Shown one piece after another: positions 23,970 through 28,110 of a stretch of DNA of 28,110 nucleotides. Under the pieces are notes generated by a model, which was given only the letters and a program-made list of their open reading frames with translations, was not told the DNA's origin and did not search any database. The position numbers were made by a program, and so were the translations under genes. Every line of letters starts with the position of its first letter. Within the stretch, counting starts at the first letter, position 1. The DNA is from a virus (taxonomy: Duplodnaviria; Caudoviricetes): the IMG/VR virus record IMGVR_UViG_3300020045_003448, positions 1 to 28,110 of that record; one strand, given 5' to 3'.

Positions 23970-25076
23970 TTATGCCACAATGGACTGCGAAATGCCGCCC
24001 ACCACTCCATGTTTACGAGCGTTTGAAATCCCGGTCTGACCCATGAACAGAATCTTTGCGGTCTTTGCCAACTGGTTTTCCGGCTCCACGAACGGGGTTG
24101 TAACAATGTCCGTTTGGGAGTCAATGAACAGGTTGTAAAAATTGGTGTTGATGAAAAATGCCGTCCCAACAGTGATAGCAGCGGTGCCTGTGTAGATGTC
24201 CGGGGTGGATTCATCCCATATCATCGTGGCCCCACGGAGCTTCACGTTGTCAAACCCCATGTCCGCCATTTTGGTGTTGGTGTAGCGGACTTTGGTGTTC
24301 AGGGCGTTCTCGTAGGTCTCGAATGATACCTGGTCCGTAACGATAAGATCAGGAGACCCGCCGGAACCACGGGAACAGTAATTGTACATCCGTTTCAGAT
24401 ACGCCTCTAACCCTGCGTACGTAGTCACAGAGGCATAGAATGAATTGCCGGTTGTGTTATTGTTGTTTACCCACCCCGTCTTGTGTCTCCACCAAGAATG
24501 GGTAGACCCTGAAATGTTGCCGATGCTTCCGGAAGTCGGATCTGTGGCGTTCAGTTTGCGGAAGAACATACCCAGGGGAATAAGACCCTTGGTTCCGTCC
24601 GTAGCCGTGTTCTCTATAAAGGTAGAGCTTGAAACCGTCCCCAGGATAAGCCCCTGGTTGAGTTCCTCGGTCATGGACATTTCGGCCTGTTTGATCTTCT
24701 GCTCCAAAAGCCCGATGAGCCTCCCCTCGCCGCTGTTCTGTCTTTCTTCCTTGCGGGATATTGAGATTGAACCGGCAATCTCCGCCCACTCGTAGAAGGC
24801 GGTGGTCATGCCGTCCTGCGGGGTCGTGTCAATCACTCCGTAAGGCCCCATAACGTGGACGGTTTCGTTCTTGCCGTACATCAAGGGCATTGCAACTCGC
24901 TCACCGCCGTCCTGTTTTTTAACCGAGTCGGTCATGCGGAGGTATGCCAAAAACGCGCTGTCCTTGAAAATGTTGTCGTACATCGTCTTCTTGTACGCCA
25001 TCAAGCTAGTAGACAATAAACTGTCGTAGTAGATGGTGTTGGTTGACGGTGCGCTGGTCTGTCCAATTGTAGTCAT
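23970..25076 (-). CDS. Major capsid protein
   Basis: 368 aa after the scaffold; DNIF, GGERV.MPL.Y, PDLIVTD, GFDNVKL.GA..IWD, F.NT..., N.RKHG motifs of HK97-fold phage MCPs; AAAGGAG RBS. Confidence 0.9.
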   Translation of the reverse strand: MTTIGQTSAPSTNTIYYDSLLSTSLMAYKKTMYDNIFKDSAFLAYLRMTDSVKKQDGGERVAMPLMYGKNETVHVMGPYGVIDTTPQDGMTTAFYEWAEIAGSISISRKEERQNSGEGRLIGLLEQKIKQAEMSMTEELNQGLILGTVSSSTFIENTATDGTKGLIPLGMFFRKLNATDPTSGSIGNISGSTHSWWRHKTGWVNNNNTTGNSFYASVTTYAGLEAYLKRMYNYCSRGSGGSPDLIVTDQVSFETYENALNTKVRYTNTKMADMGFDNVKLRGATMIWDESTPDIYTGTAAITVGTAFFINTNFYNLFIDSQTDIVTTPFVEPENQLAKTAKILFMGQTGISNARKHGVVGGISQSIVA

Positions 25077-25087
25077 TTATATCTCCT

Positions 25088-25939
25088 TTAAGGCCGGATG
25101 CCGTCTTCTTCCAATTTCGCCTTGGCTAATCTTACCGCCTCTTGAAACGTAATTGGTCCATCGGGTATTCCGGTTTTGGGTGTTTTGTTGGTTGTTGAAG
25201 ACCCGCTTAGTTTTGAAAGCTGGCCTTTCGCTTCAAGTTTCGCCAATGCCCTTTGTGTGGCCCGTGATTCAAATACTTCGGGAGGTACCGATAGCCTGTA
25301 AAGCATGGCCGGGTCTTTGGCAAGGGTGGGATGCGCGGTTAGGTTCGCAACCATCTGGTCCTCATATTGGGACCATGACGGGTCGATTTCCGATAGCTGC
25401 CGCTCGATTGCCGACTTGCGAGATGCTTGCATTTCGCTTAGAACCGGCTCGAACTTTGCCATAATTTCAGACATTGCAAGTTCTTTGCTCCGGTTCAAAA
25501 CTTCTTCCCACGATTGCGGTTCCCAATTTGTGGCCTGGCCGGTCTGTTCCGCTACCACTTGAGCTTCGGCTCGTGTCAGTTTGTAGCCTAACTGCTGGGC
25601 CATCTGCTGAATCTGCGGAATCGGGTTATTATAAAAGGCATCGTAAGCCTCGATTTTCTGCCGGTGTTTGGCAATCTCTTGCGTCTTCTTTGTGTACGAT
25701 CCTTGGAGGGATTTTCGCAAAGCTGCCGCCTGAGCTTTCAGGTTATCGGGTAATTCCCCGGTAAGCCTGTCAAACTCGGCAGGGTCGAATACTGTGTCTG
25801 GGGATCCGGTGTCGGGTATCCCTGTCGTGCTTGTGGCCGTAGGTTGTCCTTCCAGAGTTCCGGAGTCGGGTACGGGTGCCGTTTCCGGTCCGGCTGCCGC
25901 TTGGCCTTCCGTCTGTGTGGTTCCTGTGGTTTCTTCCAT
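25088..25939 (-). CDS. Capsid scaffolding protein
   Basis: Acidic/Thr-rich disordered N-terminus, LQGSYTKKTQEIA motif, C-terminal TFQEA..A helix; immediately upstream of the MCP. Confidence 0.8.
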   Translation of the reverse strand: MEETTGTTQTEGQAAAGPETAPVPDSGTLEGQPTATSTTGIPDTGSPDTVFDPAEFDRLTGELPDNLKAQAAALRKSLQGSYTKKTQEIAKHRQKIEAYDAFYNNPIPQIQQMAQQLGYKLTRAEAQVVAEQTGQATNWEPQSWEEVLNRSKELAMSEIMAKFEPVLSEMQASRKSAIERQLSEIDPSWSQYEDQMVANLTAHPTLAKDPAMLYRLSVPPEVFESRATQRALAKLEAKGQLSKLSGSSTTNKTPKTGIPDGPITFQEAVRLAKAKLEEDGIRP

Positions 25940-25941
25940 TT

Positions 25942-26130
25942 TTATTCTCCTTTGTCTTCCGCCTTACGGGTTCTTCTCCGTTTAGGCTCGCCTTCGTTAA
26001 TGTAGTCGATGATACCAGAAAAACACGATTCGCACAAGTCAAATTCCTCGTGAGTACTGGTAGTTATAAACTTTCCTGCCGGTTTGTAGTCGCCTACTGT
26101 GAAACACCTGCAACAGATTCTCAAATCCAC
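25942..26130 (-). CDS. Small Zn-finger protein
   Basis: CCRC...DLCESC; basic tail; contains the RBS of the scaffold gene. Confidence 0.6.
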   Translation of the reverse strand: MDLRICCRCFTVGDYKPAGKFITTSTHEEFDLCESCFSGIIDYINEGEPKRRRTRKAEDKGE

Positions 26131-26396
26131 CTCCCCCTATCGGAAACTCTGGTATTAATTCGGTTGCACTCGGACACGCATTGGTCGGCCATGAGCCTCC
26201 GCTTGGTACTGTTGCTGTCGATGAATGCTCCCAGCGTGTCGTCATAATAGCCTTCTGAGCGCACGCCGGCGAATCTCCCGCATGATAAAATCTTGGTCAT
26301 CGGTGAATTACAGTTCGGGCAAGGCAGTTGCTCGTCAATGTTAGCTATGTGTTCGTTTTCGTACCCGCATTTGCAAAACCAATCGTAAAGTGGCAT
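26121..26396 (-). CDS. FmdB-family zinc-ribbon protein
   Basis: MPLYDW.C.CG...E.........CPNC...M.KILS. Confidence 0.82.
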   Translation of the reverse strand: MPLYDWFCKCGYENEHIANIDEQLPCPNCNSPMTKILSCGRFAGVRSEGYYDDTLGAFIDSNSTKRRLMADQCVSECNRINTRVSDRGRWI

Positions 26397-26399
26397 ATC

Positions 26400-26654
26400 C
26401 TATCCTAATTTTATAAAAATTCGTCCTGAAGTGTTTATCATATGTTTCTGGTTAAACGATGCGCAGAATGTCCCTATGTCTGCGGTTACGTCACCATCCA
26501 ACGGCCAGAAGATAGCCCCAGGCATTCTTGAAATAAAGTTATTCGTTGTCATCAAGCCAGTGTTATTCCCACTTAACCCATCTACCCATTCAGCATTATT
26601 AGATGATTGTGGAATTACACTTTGGCCATTACTCCATGTAGGATCAAGTACCAT
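26400..26654 (-). CDS. Hypothetical protein (84 aa)
   Basis: Fits between neighbours with 2-3 nt gaps; repeated W.(N/D)G. Confidence 0.6.
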   Translation of the reverse strand: MVLDPTWSNGQSVIPQSSNNAEWVDGLSGNNTGLMTTNNFISRMPGAIFWPLDGDVTADIGTFCASFNQKHMINTSGRIFIKLG

Positions 26655-26656
26655 AA

Positions 26657-28110
26657 TTAATATAACCTATTATCAACATAGATTTTACAAGCAGCAGCAT
26701 ATTTTTTAAGATATGCCCGATACCTGATATGACCAACAACAGTAGGCGTAAATGAACCTGTTGTTAATTGATGCCAATTTGTATTCTCGTCAATAACTTC
26801 TGTTGACTTTACAATAGTGGTTGCATAAGTAGTTGCATTACTGACATATTCTGCTTCAAAATATAGTTCTGTATTTGTGGGGTAAGAAGACCATCCTTCT
26901 CCCTTAACATATATGGATCTGTTTATGGCTGATGCAGGAGCTGAAAATTCCGTCCATTCAAATATTAAAATAGGTGAAGTGGTATTGACATTTGATAAAG
27001 GAACAACTTCAATTGATGAAGAAGCCCCACCAGTTCTTACCGTAGTGGTATTCTTAATCACATCGCCATTAATATGGTATGCGTAAGAAGCACCAGCTAC
27101 TTTGCCATAATCTTCAAACCCAATCCATTGCCTACATCCTTGATCTCCTACTCCAAGAGTATTTCTTCCACTAAAAGATGGTGGGATGGTTAATAATGCT
27201 TTTGGTTTGATAGTACAGATTAAGCCTTGTCCATATCCATTGTTAAAGTAAAAATCATAAATATTAGCTATTCTTGCTGATAATAAACTATAACCTATAT
27301 ACCCAGATATTGTATGACCAGTTCCAGAGTAGACTCCATATGTACACCCCATTACAGAACCAGATATTGTATGTCCAGTTCCATAGTAGACTCCATTTGA
27401 ACATCCCATTACAGAACCAGATATTGTATGTCCAGTTCCATAGTAGACTCCATATGTACACCCCATTACAGAACCAGATATTGTATGTCCAGTTCCATAG
27501 TAGACTCCACGACCATAAAAAGTTGTTCCCGTGCCAGACGTGCTTACTATTTCACACTTAAAGATTCCTGAGGATTCAGTTGCATTTTGATAATCGTTTA
27601 TATAAACTTCACTCGTACAGGATGACCTTATAGAAACATTTCTACTTGATAAAACTATTCTTGCACCTGGATACTGAATCGAATCTACGTTTGCTGATAA
27701 AGTAATAGTTGTTGTTGTAATAGTTGATAATGTCAATCGTTGTTGATCATAATCAGCAGACCCAACATCACATAAGCAACATCTATTATACCCAGATGTA
27801 GTTATCCACCCAGAACTCGCACCTGAAACATCGTCTAAAACATTCATTATTGCTGTTGTGTACGGGTTAGTTCCACCCAACCCAGGAGCCGCTCCAGTAG
27901 ACCCAGCATAAACATTAAGGGTTCCAGAAGGAGATCCGCCTAAAGTGAGTGCTGTCCCACCGGAAACAGCAGCAAGGGAAATTGCATTTGCAGCAGTTGA
28001 TACAACGTAATAAATGGAATCAGCAGCCAACGGGGTCGGCAATGTTCCGGTACTCCTTAGAATAACAGCCGTACCATTTGCTAAACCATGTGTTGTTTTT
28101 GTTAGAGTAT
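26657..28110 (-). CDS. Low-GC fibre/spike-like protein with beta-helix repeats (partial; 5' end beyond the window)
   Basis: Frame is open to the edge (TLTKTTHGLANGTAVILRSTGTLPTPLAADSIYYV, a common phage structural motif); 19-aa repeats; C-terminal jelly-roll-like region ending IYVD. Confidence 0.75.
   Translation of the reverse strand, partial: TLTKTTHGLANGTAVILRSTGTLPTPLAADSIYYVVSTAANAISLAAVSGGTALTLGGSPSGTLNVYAGSTGAAPGLGGTNPYTTAIMNVLDDVSGASSGWITTSGYNRCCLCDVGSADYDQQRLTLSTITTTTITLSANVDSIQYPGARIVLSSRNVSIRSSCTSEVYINDYQNATESSGIFKCEIVSTSGTGTTFYGRGVYYGTGHTISGSVMGCTYGVYYGTGHTISGSVMGCSNGVYYGTGHTISGSVMGCTYGVYSGTGHTISGYIGYSLLSARIANIYDFYFNNGYGQGLICTIKPKALLTIPPSFSGRNTLGVGDQGCRQWIGFEDYGKVAGASYAYHINGDVIKNTTTVRTGGASSSIEVVPLSNVNTTSPILIFEWTEFSAPASAINRSIYVKGEGWSSYPTNTELYFEAEYVSNATTYATTIVKSTEVIDENTNWHQLTTGSFTPTVVGHIRYRAYLKKYAAACKIYVDNRLY
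27303..27509 (-). repeat. 57-bp tandem repeat, about 3.6 copies (GVYYGTGHTISGSVMGCxx)
   Basis: CCAGATATTGTATG recurs at 27303, 27360, 27417 and 27474. Confidence 0.95.

Noticed and set aside
27303-27509. 57-bp repeats as a CRISPR array or DGR template/variable repeat
   Set aside because: Contiguous in-frame units with no unique spacers; differences are not adenine-specific; no reverse transcriptase in the window
28040-28060. TTG start at 28042 with AAGGAG upstream
   Set aside because: The frame stays open to the window edge and the upstream residues complete a known motif, so the gene probably starts beyond the window
1-28110. Stop-codon reassignment, tRNA genes, integrase/att site
   Set aside because: Standard-code ORFs tile the window densely; no cloverleaf or recombinase motif seen by eye

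Overview
This window is a 28-kb piece of a tailed dsDNA phage or prophage with podovirus-like architecture; I cannot identify the host. Positions 28110 to 4784 (minus strand) form one long late operon. Read in order it encodes: a low-GC fibre-like gene (cut by the window edge); an FmdB-type Zn-ribbon; scaffold; major capsid; decoration protein; a 3-gene cassette centred on a glycosyltransferase-methyltransferase fusion; two paralogous head-tail adaptors; a nozzle/stabilisation protein; a GNAT-like protein; three ejection-type proteins; a beta-helix tailspike; three translationally coupled genes with N-terminal signal peptides (one an 1118-aa Cys-rich glycoside-hydrolase-like protein); and a putative lysis cassette built on a permuted papain-like amidase. 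Positions 1-4712 hold two divergent early units. Leftward: Cro-like HTH, small proteins, ERF annealase, YqaJ exonuclease and a coiled-coil protein. Rightward: a structured leader, a pentapeptide-repeat protein, small ORFs and a lipoprotein flanked by 25-bp direct repeats. I saw no integrase, CI, terminase, portal, tRNA, CRISPR array or reverse transcriptase. The strongest candidates for something new are (i) the signal-peptide-bearing tail-appendage module, (ii) the GT-MTase cassette among the head genes, and (iii) a shared Trp-Glu insert found in both adaptor and nozzle. All family calls are by-eye motif recognition, not database hits.
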